This document shows positions 39,484-50,042 of a DNA stretch of 64,000 bases, piece after piece. The DNA is from an uncultured virus (IMG/VR IMGVR_UViG_3300042544_003275) (Duplodnaviria; Heunggongvirae; Uroviricota; Caudoviricetes). Location of the stretch: IMG/VR virus record IMGVR_UViG_3300042544_003275; one strand, written 5' to 3'. A program made the position numbers and the translations under genes. Every line of letters starts with the position of its first letter. Position 1 is the stretch's first letter. The notes beneath the pieces were generated by a model. It saw only the letters and a list, made by a program, of their open reading frames with translations. It had not been told where the DNA came from and searched no databases.

Positions 39484-39942
39484 ATGGATAATAATGGTGT
39501 ATATAAAATGAAATTTGAGAAGTCTTCGTTTGATATTAATGAAGACTATGATAGGCTTTCTGATTATGAAAAGGAAAGAATATCCGAATTAGACGCGGAG
39601 ACTTATTTTGATTATGAAGATAACGGCAGTTACATTTGTTTTATAATTACTTCTCCAATTGAAATGAAAAAATACACATCTATATTAAGTAAGAATTTAA
39701 TAAAATTTGAGTTCTCTGATTTAACAAAAGATGTAATATCTTCTAAAATTAATTTAGAATTAGAATTAAAACCACAATTGAGTACAACTAATTCTATAAA
39801 ATATAGTTTCTTTATTGATGATGTTAATGAGTGGGTTTATAATAACTTAGAAATAGATATGATATTAGATAGAATTTCTGAAGTAGGAATGAATTCTCTT
39901 AGTCAAATTGAAAAAGATTTTCTTAAAAACTACCATTCTTAA
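39484..39942 (+). CDS. hypothetical protein with DUF6576-like C-terminus
   Basis: IDMILDRISEVGMNSLSQIEKDFL. Confidence 0.65.
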   Translation: MDNNGVYKMKFEKSSFDINEDYDRLSDYEKERISELDAETYFDYEDNGSYICFIITSPIEMKKYTSILSKNLIKFEFSDLTKDVISSKINLELELKPQLSTTNSIKYSFFIDDVNEWVYNNLEIDMILDRISEVGMNSLSQIEKDFLKNYHS

Positions 39943-39978
39943 TAATTTATCACTATATTTGTATTTAAATATAATAAT

Positions 39979-40158
39979 ATGCGAAAGATAAAAGAATTCA
40001 AGACAAGAGTTATTACAAAATATGCTCAAATGTATGCTGACTTTCTAATCGAAAGACTAAAAGAATCAAAAGACTCATACGAATTTGAGATTTGGTTTAC
40101 ACAAGCTTTACACTTAGATTTATGGTGTGAACAAAATCACGGAATTTACTTAAACTAA
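39979..40158 (+). CDS. small hypothetical protein
   Basis: MRKIKEFKTR.. after TATATTTG promoter. Confidence 0.55.
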   Translation: MRKIKEFKTRVITKYAQMYADFLIERLKESKDSYEFEIWFTQALHLDLWCEQNHGIYLN

Positions 40159-40163
40159 AAGAA

Positions 40164-40577
40164 ATGAATTTATTTTTAGATGATATCAGAACCCCAGATA
40201 TGGCTCACCATTCTGGTAAGGGACTGGGACCTGCTTATTCTTCTGAGGATAAATGGGTAATCACTCGTGACTATTTTGACTTTGTTGATATAGTTAATAA
40301 ACACTTCGATGAAATTGAATTAGTTTCATTCGATCACGATTTGGCTTGTTACAAAGATGGTGTAGAATACACTGGTAAAACAGCTGTTGATTACTTGGTG
40401 AATTATTGTTTAGATAATGATAAGAAATTTCCAAGTTGGTATGCACACACTGACAATACATCAGGACGTCAAAATATTATAGGAACAATTATAGGATATT
40501 TGAAAACGGTAGAAGGATTAGATACTTCTAAATTCAGATATTATCACAACGGAATTTTAAATGGACTAGCAGTATGA
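40164..40577 (+). CDS. cyclic-phosphate-processing receiver-like domain protein
   Basis: LFLDDIR, SFDHDL, TG, HTDN motifs. Confidence 0.7.
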   Translation: MNLFLDDIRTPDMAHHSGKGLGPAYSSEDKWVITRDYFDFVDIVNKHFDEIELVSFDHDLACYKDGVEYTGKTAVDYLVNYCLDNDKKFPSWYAHTDNTSGRQNIIGTIIGYLKTVEGLDTSKFRYYHNGILNGLAV

Positions 40578-40876
40578 GTTTAAATTTTATTACAAAACAC
40601 TTAGTATCAAAGATACAAGATGAAGTCAAGATTAAAGAAAAGATCCTCAAACACGATGGATTTTTAATGCTTGATGAACCTATTCAAGATACAAAACTAA
40701 TTAATCGATTAAATAGATATTCTCCTTATCCAAAAGAAGAATTAATTCCGATTAGTTGGTATTTTCTAAAGGGAAAAACAATTTTAGAAATTTATTCTAA
40801 AGTAAAAAGAAACGAGTTCTTTATCTACAAGTTGTTAGATGGAAAGAATCATAAAATGAGAATTAAGAAAAAATGA
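40574..40876 (+). CDS. hypothetical protein
   Basis: Coupled ORF. Confidence 0.6.
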   Translation: MSLNFITKHLVSKIQDEVKIKEKILKHDGFLMLDEPIQDTKLINRLNRYSPYPKEELIPISWYFLKGKTILEIYSKVKRNEFFIYKLLDGKNHKMRIKKK

Positions 40877-41640
40877 GTGGGAATGTTTTAGGGGTCGATT
40901 TCACATACGATCTTAGATATGATTATCACAACTATACCAGTTGTTCAGAAAGCGGGTGTGACGAAGAAGGAATTTGTCGTTGCTCTACTATTGAGGATGC
41001 TCGTGTGACTTCTGTTAACATACCAAGTATGGTTAATCATATTTATGCTAATTACTTTGATGATTCGATTTCTACAAAAAGAAACTCAACTATTAACTCT
41101 ATTTTAGGTGGTGTATCAAAAGAAATTGATATTTATACTATCGATAGAATTTTAAGAATCAACAAAGTTTATGAGCCAACAAATTGGGATGTTCAAGTTT
41201 GTGGTGGATATTATGGTGAAGAAATTGATGATGTTATCTTAGAAGATGTTGTTGCTAAAAAAATTGAAAACCAATTAGAAGATGCTTTCAACATCATTGA
41301 CTTAACTGAAAGAATTGAATTCCTTTTAATGTTGGAGTATGATAAGATTTTACCTGAATTAAAAGGACTTAGTTATAAGATAACCGAAGTAGAAAGAGAT
41401 AGTATTATTTTTGGTAGTGATGCACATTATAAAAATGTTTTAAATGAAGACTTAGAACATTATTCAGATAAAAATTATTGTAGTATCAGAGGTATTGTAA
41501 TTAGTAAAGGTGATAAATATCGTTTGATAGATGGTTATCATAGATGTTCTAAAAGTGAGAATAGATTGATTAAGGTTTTAATGGTAAATTACTATCACGA
41601 TACTGATCCTACTTCGGAGAATAAACACCTTATGTGGTAA
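40873..41640 (+). CDS. protein with Cys cluster and C-terminal ParB/Srx-like motif
   Basis: CSESGCDEEGICRC; YRLIDGYHR. Confidence 0.55.
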   Translation: MSGNVLGVDFTYDLRYDYHNYTSCSESGCDEEGICRCSTIEDARVTSVNIPSMVNHIYANYFDDSISTKRNSTINSILGGVSKEIDIYTIDRILRINKVYEPTNWDVQVCGGYYGEEIDDVILEDVVAKKIENQLEDAFNIIDLTERIEFLLMLEYDKILPELKGLSYKITEVERDSIIFGSDAHYKNVLNEDLEHYSDKNYCSIRGIVISKGDKYRLIDGYHRCSKSENRLIKVLMVNYYHDTDPTSENKHLMW

Positions 41641-41643
41641 ATT

Positions 41644-42099
41644 ATGATAGATTTTTTTCATCACGGTAGTAACATCGGATTCTCTTTAAGTGGAGTTTCC
41701 GGTTTTCTTTTACTTATTTATATACTTATTGAGATATTCTTTTTGATAATTACTAAGACTTTTCTTATTCATAAGTTTTTTCTCGGACTTAGAGTTTGTT
41801 ATCAGATTAAAAAGATGTTACCGGATTGGTGGTATATTGAAAAGATATCTTATTATACTATAAACAAAGTCCAATCTCCGTTTGATAAAAGACAAGGTGA
41901 ATATCAAATTTATGTTAAAGTAAGAAGTAAAATACCAACTGTCGATAATAATACTTGTACTGATTGGATTGAAGTAAATTGGTTAGGTACAATTAAAAGA
42001 AAAAGTTTAATGGTGAGTATCTTTGTTAAAGATAATTTACATCAATCACAGATTAAACAATGGTCTAGAGAAAAAACTTTAGAAAAACTTGGAATTTAA
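41644..42099 (+). CDS. membrane-anchored hypothetical protein (C-terminal REKTLEKLGI)
   Basis: N-terminal TM helix. Confidence 0.6.
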   Translation: MIDFFHHGSNIGFSLSGVSGFLLLIYILIEIFFLIITKTFLIHKFFLGLRVCYQIKKMLPDWWYIEKISYYTINKVQSPFDKRQGEYQIYVKVRSKIPTVDNNTCTDWIEVNWLGTIKRKSLMVSIFVKDNLHQSQIKQWSREKTLEKLGI

Positions 42100-44039
42100 T
42101 AAATCCAAGTATCATTTTCAATATCTTCTAATCGAGATTCAAGTTTATTTAATATTGATTTGATTTTTGATTTATACTCTTCTTCCTCTTCTTTTCCAAA
42201 ACTCATTCTTAATTGACCTTCGTTATCAAGAATATCTTTATACTTTTGAATTTTTATTTCTAATTTTTCTCCGATAATTACAATTAGATCTTCGATAGAA
42301 TCATTATATTCAATATAATCAATAATTCTTTTTTCATCATCCATTACGTCATAACCTAATGCTAAAGCATCTACTGGATGTAAATACTCATATCCAGTTA
42401 TATCAAATGGATTTTCTTCATCTTGTTTTGGTTGAGAAATTTTAAATATTTCAGTTTTAATGACTTTAGGAATCCACTCACCTCTATAGTTTTTAATCAT
42501 TTCATCTTTCAGTACATATTCAAAATTTCTCCAATACCTAAATTCATCAGAGAATTTATCATACCACACGGAATCAGTATCTATTTTAATAATATCATCA
42601 TCATTTTTATGGTGCCAGTTATCATCATTATCTACATCTCCATCTGACTCAATATTCATAGCTACTCTAACTGCGTTATCATCATAAAGACTATATCCAT
42701 AAGCTTCAGAATAAACAGAATCATCAACATAGATATATTCATCTATCCACTCATCAAATACAACATCATCATCATCTTGGTGATACCAACCTCTCCTTCT
42801 TGAATTTCCAAGATTTACTCTAACTGCATAATCTCTTAATATGTGATCACTATAAGGTTCAGAATAAACAGCATCGTCTTCTGCAATCATTCTATCATGC
42901 CATTCAGACCAAACACCACCTTCAACTTCTGTGTATCCACCACCAGTAGAGTCTAAGATGTAACAACCTTCTTCATCAGAGCCCTGCTCATCATCATTAT
43001 AAAGTTTACCTATTCTTATATCATATCTTCTAAAAGTGTCCATATAAGGATATCTACTATAATCATAGTCTCCTCCAAATCTAGCAACTTGAACAACCAT
43101 GTCAACATTAATTTCACTACCATTGTAAGTAATATTAGTAAAACTATGATGATTATTATTTGTTTTATAAATCCAACCTTGTTCTTTTGCAAAGTTTCTA
43201 AATTTATTTACATCAGAATCTTTAATAGTGTATTGTCTATCCATAAAATATTCAACACCTTCAAATTTTTCACCAATTCCACTACGGATAGATACAAATT
43301 TCCATACTAAAGCTCTACCTAAAATTTTATCATCTTCTCTAAGAATTACTAATCTACAAACATCAGGATTTTTAATATAGATATTAAAGATGTTTCTTTT
43401 TTCAGCCATACAAGAGTTACCTAAAGTTCCACCTCTTTCTTTATAATTATCAGATTTATACCAAAATTCAATATCATCTCCAGATACTAACTCAAAGTGT
43501 TCTCCAGATTTTTCTACAGCTGCCTTAAATGAGTTTACAAATTCCTCGACTTGTTTAGAATTATATTTACCTGGAAATACTTTATTAACTAATCTACCTA
43601 TAGCAATTTGATTTCTTCCTTTAACATATGGATCTAGTCCATCATTAAAATTACCCGCTCCTCTAAGAGGACTACTAGGTTTTATATTATCATATTGTTG
43701 GTCGTGAATATACCAAATATCATCAGCTAAATCTTTATTAGGTTTTTGGTCTAAGTCAAGACCATTAATGTATAAATCTTTAAGATCCGGAAACTTTTCA
43801 TCTAAAAGTTTCTTAACATTTCTCATTGTAGAGAATGAAAGAAATCCTTCTTTATCTAAATCAATAAAAGTAATATCTGGTTTTATATCAGTTGATTCTA
43901 TATCTAATAAATCAGTACTAATATCATCAGAAACTTTATTTAATTGTTTTCTTAAAGCAGGTGAGAAATAAATCATTGATTCATTTATAGCCTTTTCTAA
44001 TAACAAATCTAGGCTGAAACTATTATATCTTGAAATCAT
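42096..44039 (-). CDS. large phage protein of unknown function
   Basis: 647 aa; LGNSCM, GRALVW, MDRQY, YPYMDTF, acidic repeats; AATATATA upstream. Confidence 0.7.
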   Translation of the reverse strand: MISRYNSFSLDLLLEKAINESMIYFSPALRKQLNKVSDDISTDLLDIESTDIKPDITFIDLDKEGFLSFSTMRNVKKLLDEKFPDLKDLYINGLDLDQKPNKDLADDIWYIHDQQYDNIKPSSPLRGAGNFNDGLDPYVKGRNQIAIGRLVNKVFPGKYNSKQVEEFVNSFKAAVEKSGEHFELVSGDDIEFWYKSDNYKERGGTLGNSCMAEKRNIFNIYIKNPDVCRLVILREDDKILGRALVWKFVSIRSGIGEKFEGVEYFMDRQYTIKDSDVNKFRNFAKEQGWIYKTNNNHHSFTNITYNGSEINVDMVVQVARFGGDYDYSRYPYMDTFRRYDIRIGKLYNDDEQGSDEEGCYILDSTGGGYTEVEGGVWSEWHDRMIAEDDAVYSEPYSDHILRDYAVRVNLGNSRRRGWYHQDDDDVVFDEWIDEYIYVDDSVYSEAYGYSLYDDNAVRVAMNIESDGDVDNDDNWHHKNDDDIIKIDTDSVWYDKFSDEFRYWRNFEYVLKDEMIKNYRGEWIPKVIKTEIFKISQPKQDEENPFDITGYEYLHPVDALALGYDVMDDEKRIIDYIEYNDSIEDLIVIIGEKLEIKIQKYKDILDNEGQLRMSFGKEEEEEYKSKIKSILNKLESRLEDIENDTWIY

Positions 44040-44126
44040 ATAAGGTATATATTAATTTATACTTTTTATTTTTCACATTTAAGAAATAATTAGTATATTT
44101 GTAGTTGTAAAAATAATTTACTAAAA

Positions 44127-44759
44127 ATGATGATAAAAAAATTCAATCAATTTAATACATCTGAGTGGGTAGGACCCTTGAAGGTTCTTGATATTAAAGA
44201 GAATACAGTTTATACCAACTTTGGTAACTTCTCTAATAAATCAGAAAACAAATTAACTGTAGGATACTCTTATATTTTAAGAGTTATTGATAATGAAATT
44301 GTTGATACAGGAATGTCTTGTGTTGACTTAGTGGTGCTTGTTGATACTGGAACAAATTATAAAGTTCTTTCAATTAAAAGAGGTCGACCACCATTTGTTG
44401 GTATGTGGGCTAATCCAGGTGGTAACATCGATGAAGGAGAACATCCAATAGATGCAGCAATCCGTGAGTTAGAAGAAGAAACAGGTATTGTTTTAAAAGG
44501 TTCAAATTTCACATCAACTAATAAAAGTGGATATTTGACTCCGGTTGGAGTATTTGATAAACCTTATCGTGATCCAAGAAATAAAAATTGTGTTAGTTAT
44601 GCTTTTGCTACTATTCTTGATGAAATGCCTGAAGCTATAGCTGGTGATGATGCTACAGAGTGTACTTGGAACGATGTAAGTTATGATGGTGATGTAACTG
44701 TTGATATGGCATTTGACCACGCAGAGATAATTAAAAAATCAATTAATACTATTAAGTAA
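44127..44759 (+). CDS. Nudix hydrolase
   Basis: Nudix box GGNIDEGEHPIDAAIRELEEETG; RDPR, AGDDA, AFDH. Confidence 0.9.
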   Translation: MMIKKFNQFNTSEWVGPLKVLDIKENTVYTNFGNFSNKSENKLTVGYSYILRVIDNEIVDTGMSCVDLVVLVDTGTNYKVLSIKRGRPPFVGMWANPGGNIDEGEHPIDAAIRELEEETGIVLKGSNFTSTNKSGYLTPVGVFDKPYRDPRNKNCVSYAFATILDEMPEAIAGDDATECTWNDVSYDGDVTVDMAFDHAEIIKKSINTIK

Positions 44760-45244
44760 TGGATTTAAGAAATATAAAAGAACCTTTTGTTATTATACTT
44801 ATCGGACCACCATTGTCTGGTAAATCAACTTGGATTAGAGAAAACTTCCCTGATACTACCATTATTTGTCGTGATGAAATTCTAATGGATGTTTATGGTT
44901 CTAGAAACTATACTGAGGCATTTAAAAATGTAGACCAAAAAGAAGTTGATAGAGTTTTAAACCAATCATTAGTTGATGCGAGTAAAGAAAAGAAAAATGT
45001 GATTGTTGATATGACTCACATGGGTTCTAAACGCAGAAAACAAAATCTAAACTATTTCACTAACGACTATTATAAGTTGGGTGTTATCTTCCCTATTCTT
45101 TCAGATGAAGAGTATGTTATAAGAAACCAAAAAAGAATTGACGAAGAAAATAAAAATATCCCTATGAGTGTTATTAAAAGTATGATATCATCATATCAAA
45201 CAATTTCACCACAAGAAGGATTTAACAAAGTAATTTCACTTTAA
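44759..45244 (+). CDS. P-loop kinase (AAA_33, polynucleotide-kinase-like)
   Basis: GPPLSGKST, RD, VIVDMTH..RR. Confidence 0.8.
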   Translation: MDLRNIKEPFVIILIGPPLSGKSTWIRENFPDTTIICRDEILMDVYGSRNYTEAFKNVDQKEVDRVLNQSLVDASKEKKNVIVDMTHMGSKRRKQNLNYFTNDYYKLGVIFPILSDEEYVIRNQKRIDEENKNIPMSVIKSMISSYQTISPQEGFNKVISL

Positions 45245-45254
45245 AATAAAATAT

Positions 45255-45551
45255 ATGAAAAATTATGTAACACAGTTGGTAGACGCTATCACTGCATCCG
45301 GTAAAAAGTTCGCTGAGGTTAGCAAGGATTCTATCTTTGCATTTCTAGACAGAGAAGGAGTTTCTAAGAAAAGTTGGGAATCTATTTATGAAGAATTAAA
45401 ACAAATTTATCATCCATCATCAACATCTAAAAAAGAAGATAGAAAACATCTTTCAGCAGTTGTTGATTATACAGACTCTTCTCATAATGATGTGAAAGTT
45501 AGACAACCTAGAAAATCTGTTTTCTCTGAGATAACAAAAATTGCAGGATGA
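45255..45551 (+). CDS. hypothetical protein
   Basis: 98-aa ORF in operon. Confidence 0.6.
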   Translation: MKNYVTQLVDAITASGKKFAEVSKDSIFAFLDREGVSKKSWESIYEELKQIYHPSSTSKKEDRKHLSAVVDYTDSSHNDVKVRQPRKSVFSEITKIAG

Positions 45552-46420
45552 AAAGTTTAGTAACTGGTGGGTTAGGATTTGTTGGATCTAATTTGGTTGA
45601 TATGTTAATTGAATTAGGTGATGAAGTTTGGGTATTAGATGATTTATCATCAGAGTCTGCTTCAATGAAAAATGAAAATAAGAAATCCAATCTTATTGTT
45701 GGTAAAGTAGAAGACATAAAAAAACTATATGCTTTTCAAGAAGATGGATTCGATAGAATATTCCACTTAGGAGCGAAAGCAAGAATACAACCTTCTTTTG
45801 AAACACCCACCGATTATTTTAATTCAAACGCACTCGGAACATCAGAGGTAATGGATTTTGCTAGATTGACAAAATCTGGAATTGTAGTTTATGCTACAAC
45901 ATCATCTAAAAATCACGGGTCTCCTTACATAACACCTTATACATATTCTAAAGTAATTGGTGAAGGTATACTTAAAACATACTCACATTGTTTTGATGTT
46001 AATTGTGCTATGGCTACATTTTATAATGTATATGGACCAAGAGAACCAAGAGTTGGAGAATGGGCTACTGTTGTTGCGAAGTTTGGAAGACAATGGAAAG
46101 ATGGTGAAAATCTAACGGTTGTTGGTGATGGAAAACAAACAAGAGACTTCACACACGTTGAAGATATTTGTAAAGGACTTATTAAAATAAGTGAGGGTAA
46201 TTGGAAGGCTGATAACTTCGATTTAGGTCGAGGAGTTCCATATTCTATTTTAGATATTGCTAAATTGTGGGTAGGTGATGATGAATCGAGAATATCATAT
46301 ACACCTTTAAGAAAAAATGAAGGATTACACACAGAGTCTGATTGGAAATCAACCGAAGAAAAAATAGGATGGAAAGCAGAAAAGAATATTTCTGACTATA
46401 TAATGTCGTCAAAATTTTGA
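45548..46420 (+). CDS. NAD-dependent epimerase/dehydratase
   Basis: TGGLGFVG, YTYSK, NVYGP, RDFTHV. Confidence 0.9.
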   Translation: MKSLVTGGLGFVGSNLVDMLIELGDEVWVLDDLSSESASMKNENKKSNLIVGKVEDIKKLYAFQEDGFDRIFHLGAKARIQPSFETPTDYFNSNALGTSEVMDFARLTKSGIVVYATTSSKNHGSPYITPYTYSKVIGEGILKTYSHCFDVNCAMATFYNVYGPREPRVGEWATVVAKFGRQWKDGENLTVVGDGKQTRDFTHVEDICKGLIKISEGNWKADNFDLGRGVPYSILDIAKLWVGDDESRISYTPLRKNEGLHTESDWKSTEEKIGWKAEKNISDYIMSSKF

Positions 46421-46468
46421 TTTTTGAGTATTTTATCTTATATTTGTATAACAAATAAGGATATATAT

Positions 46469-46819
46469 ATGACGACATACTCAATCAATCTTAACAATCT
46501 TAAATTAAAAGATAAAGAAATATCTGATAATGAAACGTTAATTGATTTATTATGTGAGAATGAAGGATCTTTCACTACAAGTGACCAATGTATGACATTT
46601 GATTGTGATGGAATTGAAGTAATGGTTAATTTTACATTAGATGTAGATGGTAGAATAGAGTACGATCCTGGAGACTACTGGACACCACCATCTGGAGATG
46701 CTGAGATTACTGATACTGATGTTAATATTACTGACGTTTACATTGACGAGTATGATGTTGAACTTACGAGAGAGATGCGTAGAGCGTTAGAAAAAGAAGT
46801 AAAAAAATATTTAGATTAA
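46469..46819 (+). CDS. acidic hypothetical protein
   Basis: GDYWTPP motif; TATATTTG promoter. Confidence 0.65.
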   Translation: MTTYSINLNNLKLKDKEISDNETLIDLLCENEGSFTTSDQCMTFDCDGIEVMVNFTLDVDGRIEYDPGDYWTPPSGDAEITDTDVNITDVYIDEYDVELTREMRRALEKEVKKYLD

Positions 46820-47152
46820 ATGGATAAAGTTTATTTTAATAAAGATTATTATGGATGTTGGTGGTTGAAAGAACTTATCGACATTTATAGTTTTAAAGCA
46901 GTTCATTTCCAAACAAATGAAGAAGTTGAAACAATTTTAACTTGGACAAGAAATGTTGATTTATCTGAGTATGATGATAAAATAGTTAGAATGTATGATG
47001 TTGAAATTGAAGGAGAGAAGTTTTATTTTTTAGCATCATTAGAAAAAGAAGGATACCTTTTAGAACCAAAAGATAGATACTCTTTAGAAAAACTACTAAA
47101 TGATAAAAACCTATTCTTTACCGGAGAAACATTAGAAAACCCAGATTTATAG
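46820..47152 (+). CDS. hypothetical protein
   Basis: 110-aa ORF. Confidence 0.6.
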   Translation: MDKVYFNKDYYGCWWLKELIDIYSFKAVHFQTNEEVETILTWTRNVDLSEYDDKIVRMYDVEIEGEKFYFLASLEKEGYLLEPKDRYSLEKLLNDKNLFFTGETLENPDL

Positions 47153-47178
47153 TCTGGGTTTTTTTATATATACTATCT

Positions 47179-48036
47179 ATGATAGTTAGAAAATTAGGAG
47201 ATAAAAAACCAAAAGTATTAATTTTTCAAGGTTCACCAAGAGATAAAGATAGTTGTGCTGGTATGATATCTAAAACTCATAAGATAGTAGAACACATGAC
47301 TTCTAAGTGGTCACCATTTATTAACTTTCAAATTATTGACTTAGCTGTTAATCAATCAAAACAACCAATTATACAACCGTGTAAAGGATGTATTTCTACA
47401 GCTGGTGGATATCACTGTCATTTTGATTGTTCTTGTTATTTCAAAGGAGACAATAAAAAACCGGATTTATTAAAAGAGTTAGATGTTTATAAACTTTTAC
47501 AAGAGTGTGATGCTTTTATTATTGTTTCTCCAATTCACTGGCATTCACTAACATCACAAGTTAAATTATTATTTGATAGATTGGTTTGTGTTAATCAGAC
47601 TTTAACTATTGAAGATGCTAAGAAACTAATGGGTGATGATAATATTAAGAACTCTGAAATTACTGGTAAGTTTGCTCGTTCCGGTAAACACGATGAAATG
47701 TTAAGAAATCACTTAGAAGGAAAAGTCGCTGGTTTTTATGTTCACGGAGACGATGGTGCTGATGATTATGAAGGTAAAGAATTACCAGAATCATATGATG
47801 TTATGGATGATGGATTTTCCAATAACCCAAAAAATGTAGTAATGCCTTTTATAATGCAATTAAAGTATTCAGGTATTTATGTTCCGGATGAATTAGTAGA
47901 AGCATTTTATACTAATAAAGGAGTTGATTATAACACAGCAAATAAAACATTTAATAAGAATAAAGAATTTTTTGATAGAGCTGATAATCTTATGGATAAT
48001 TTATTAAATTATTTAGATAGTAAAAGTAATATATAG
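47179..48036 (+). CDS. flavodoxin-fold iron-sulfur flavoprotein / FMN reductase family
   Basis: GSPR, CKGC..CHFDCSC, SPIHW, KLLFDR. Confidence 0.8.
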   Translation: MIVRKLGDKKPKVLIFQGSPRDKDSCAGMISKTHKIVEHMTSKWSPFINFQIIDLAVNQSKQPIIQPCKGCISTAGGYHCHFDCSCYFKGDNKKPDLLKELDVYKLLQECDAFIIVSPIHWHSLTSQVKLLFDRLVCVNQTLTIEDAKKLMGDDNIKNSEITGKFARSGKHDEMLRNHLEGKVAGFYVHGDDGADDYEGKELPESYDVMDDGFSNNPKNVVMPFIMQLKYSGIYVPDELVEAFYTNKGVDYNTANKTFNKNKEFFDRADNLMDNLLNYLDSKSNI

Positions 48037-48039
48037 TAT

Positions 48040-48534
48040 ATGATTAAGAAGTTCAATGAAATGTTCGATGATGAAGAATTAAAAAATAAATTTGAGATTC
48101 CTTACTTACAAGGTGAATTCACACCTGGTAATCCTAATTTAAAACCTTACTCTAAAAGAACTGATAAAGTAACTGAACAAACAGAATTAAAAAAGTTAAT
48201 TTTTAAGTTTCCTATATTAGATTCTTTTCATAAAGTCACTAGAAAAATTGGAGACATAAATGTTTATTCTTTTTATGCTACAAGTTTAGAATCAGTTGAA
48301 GGTGATGAATACTATACTCAATTATCAGTCGCTTATAAAGATGGTGAGTATCATATGAATAGTTTATTTAGACTATTAGAAGAATATGATAGTCCAGAAA
48401 ATTGGATGGTACATGATTTTATATTTGATAATGTAGAAGACGCATATGAAGTATCAAGAGAGTTCTTAAAAGCTTGTATTTCTGTAAATGTTATAACACC
48501 GGAGGATTTAGGTAATCCAACATTTAACAATTAA
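48040..48534 (+). CDS. hypothetical protein with MIKKFNE N-terminus
   Basis: AATATATA upstream. Confidence 0.65.
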   Translation: MIKKFNEMFDDEELKNKFEIPYLQGEFTPGNPNLKPYSKRTDKVTEQTELKKLIFKFPILDSFHKVTRKIGDINVYSFYATSLESVEGDEYYTQLSVAYKDGEYHMNSLFRLLEEYDSPENWMVHDFIFDNVEDAYEVSREFLKACISVNVITPEDLGNPTFNN

Positions 48535-48557
48535 TTTTCATTTTATTTATTAAAAAA

Positions 48558-48815
48558 TTTGGCAGATTGAAATAGTCTCCATATCTTTGTATTCACAATA
48601 AAAGATTAAAAATATACTTGGATTGAAAAATTCCAGTGGTTGGAAAACCTACTCGCAAAGTAAAGACTAATTGTTGGTATATTTTTTATAAAAGATTTGG
48701 TAGATTAAAATAAAATACTTATCTTTGTAAAACAAATCAGAAACGTCTGATATAAGTTAAACAAAAAATCTTTACAAAAGATTTGGTAGATTGAAAAAGT
48801 TTACTTATCTTTGTA
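48558..48815 (+). promoter_or_regulatory. three tandem Bacteroidota-type promoters
   Basis: TTTGG(C/T)AGATT...TATCTTTGTA at ~48558, ~48696 and ~48782. Confidence 0.7.
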
Positions 48816-48849
48816 AAACAAAATTGAAATAAAGAGTATAAAAATATAT

Positions 48850-48922
48850 CGCGGAGTAGAGAAGTTGGAATCTCGTCAGGCTCATAACCTGAAGGTCACT
48901 GGTTCGAGTCCAGTCTCCGCTA
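48850..48922 (+). tRNA. tRNA-Met(CAT), initiator-like
   Basis: C1:U72 mismatch, loop CTCATAA. Confidence 0.9.
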
Positions 48923-48944
48923 CTAAACAGTTCTCAACGGAGAA

Positions 48945-49860
48945 CAACGTTCTTTGAAGTATTAAAAATTTTACTGAAACTCGACTTCGGTCTTAGTTCT
49001 TCGGAACAGAGTGTGTAAGTAAAGGGCGGCTTATAGTCCTTAAATAAACCTCGAAAGGGGGATAAAGTGGATACAAATGCTAATTGTATCTGCGTCTTGA
49101 GAGTTCTTCGGAACAATTGAGGTCGAGTAAGCAAGTGGGACACCACAAGTTCTGAGTAGTCGAGGGTAACACTGTAGACCAAATGAGTTTGTGACCGGGC
49201 AATTGTAGATTGTTTGGTTGACCTCGGAAGAGGAATAGGAATAACCCATAGGAATTATGTAAGAAATAAAGACTCACCGGTTTTTACTATTGCGAGTTCC
49301 AACTTAAAAGGTGTCTTAAAGTTGAAAGACAATCAGTTGTACAGGTGGTGCTGTTAATTGACACTAATCTCCCTACCAAGGGAGTAGATAAACCGAAAGG
49401 TGAGTCGTGGTGAAGATATCTTGAAGAGTTGTGATGGAGGCATCACACGGAGTAGTCCAGTATTCTTGAGACCAAAAGTCATGAGAGCTGAGAGGTGACC
49501 ACTACTTCGACATAATCTACTAGCACTAAATTTCTAACTGTTAATTGGAAACATTTAAAAATAAGAAATCAAAAGTGTTACCTAGTTACTGATGAAAGGT
49601 ACCTACTTAGTCGTGAGTGTTCACGGCCACTGAAGCTCGAAAGGCCGATGTGATTTCATCGAAAAACTTATAGAGGGTCGAACCTCGAATCAGCTCGCAA
49701 GGTTGAATAAGCGGATTAAATGGAGAGTAAACAGTAACTCAAGGAGTGGTTAGTCTAACTAACCGGTACTGACAGAATACTACTCAAAAGGTAGTGGATA
49801 AGTTTGGGAAATCATAATCCAACTAAAGATCTGTCGTATAGGATGTAATCTCAGTCCTTT
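48945..49860 (+). ncRNA. large structured non-coding RNA (GOLLD-like candidate)
   Basis: ~900 nt, raised GC, no credible ORF, many UUCG/GNRA hairpins, flanked by tRNAs. Confidence 0.6.
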
Positions 49861-49867
49861 TTTATAT

Positions 49868-49956
49868 GGCCTGTTCGTCTAGGGGAATACTTTCATAGAA
49901 AGTAGGATGGATATCTCTTCAGATATCAGACATTGGTTCGAATCCAATACAGGCTA
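49868..49956 (+). tRNA. tRNA-Glu-like with D-loop hairpin insertion and 8-nt anticodon loop
   Basis: GGCCTGT/ACAGGCT acceptor, GATAT-CTCTTCAG-ATATC. Confidence 0.55.
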
Positions 49957-50042
49957 CAAGTTTTCGTAGTGGTTAACTTTCCCTTTAATTAGGGGGTCTA
50001 CTGAAATAAGTAAGTAGGGTGGTTACCAAACACCACACAAAT

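Noticed and set aside
48600..48849. Leader-peptide attenuator before tRNA-Met and the large RNA
   Set aside because: No short ORF plus terminator found there, only tandem promoters.
48934..49277. Three short minus-strand ORFs; also rRNA or tmRNA identity for this tract
   Set aside because: ORFs overlap in different frames with atypical composition; I recognised no rRNA signature and no tmRNA ends or tag frame.
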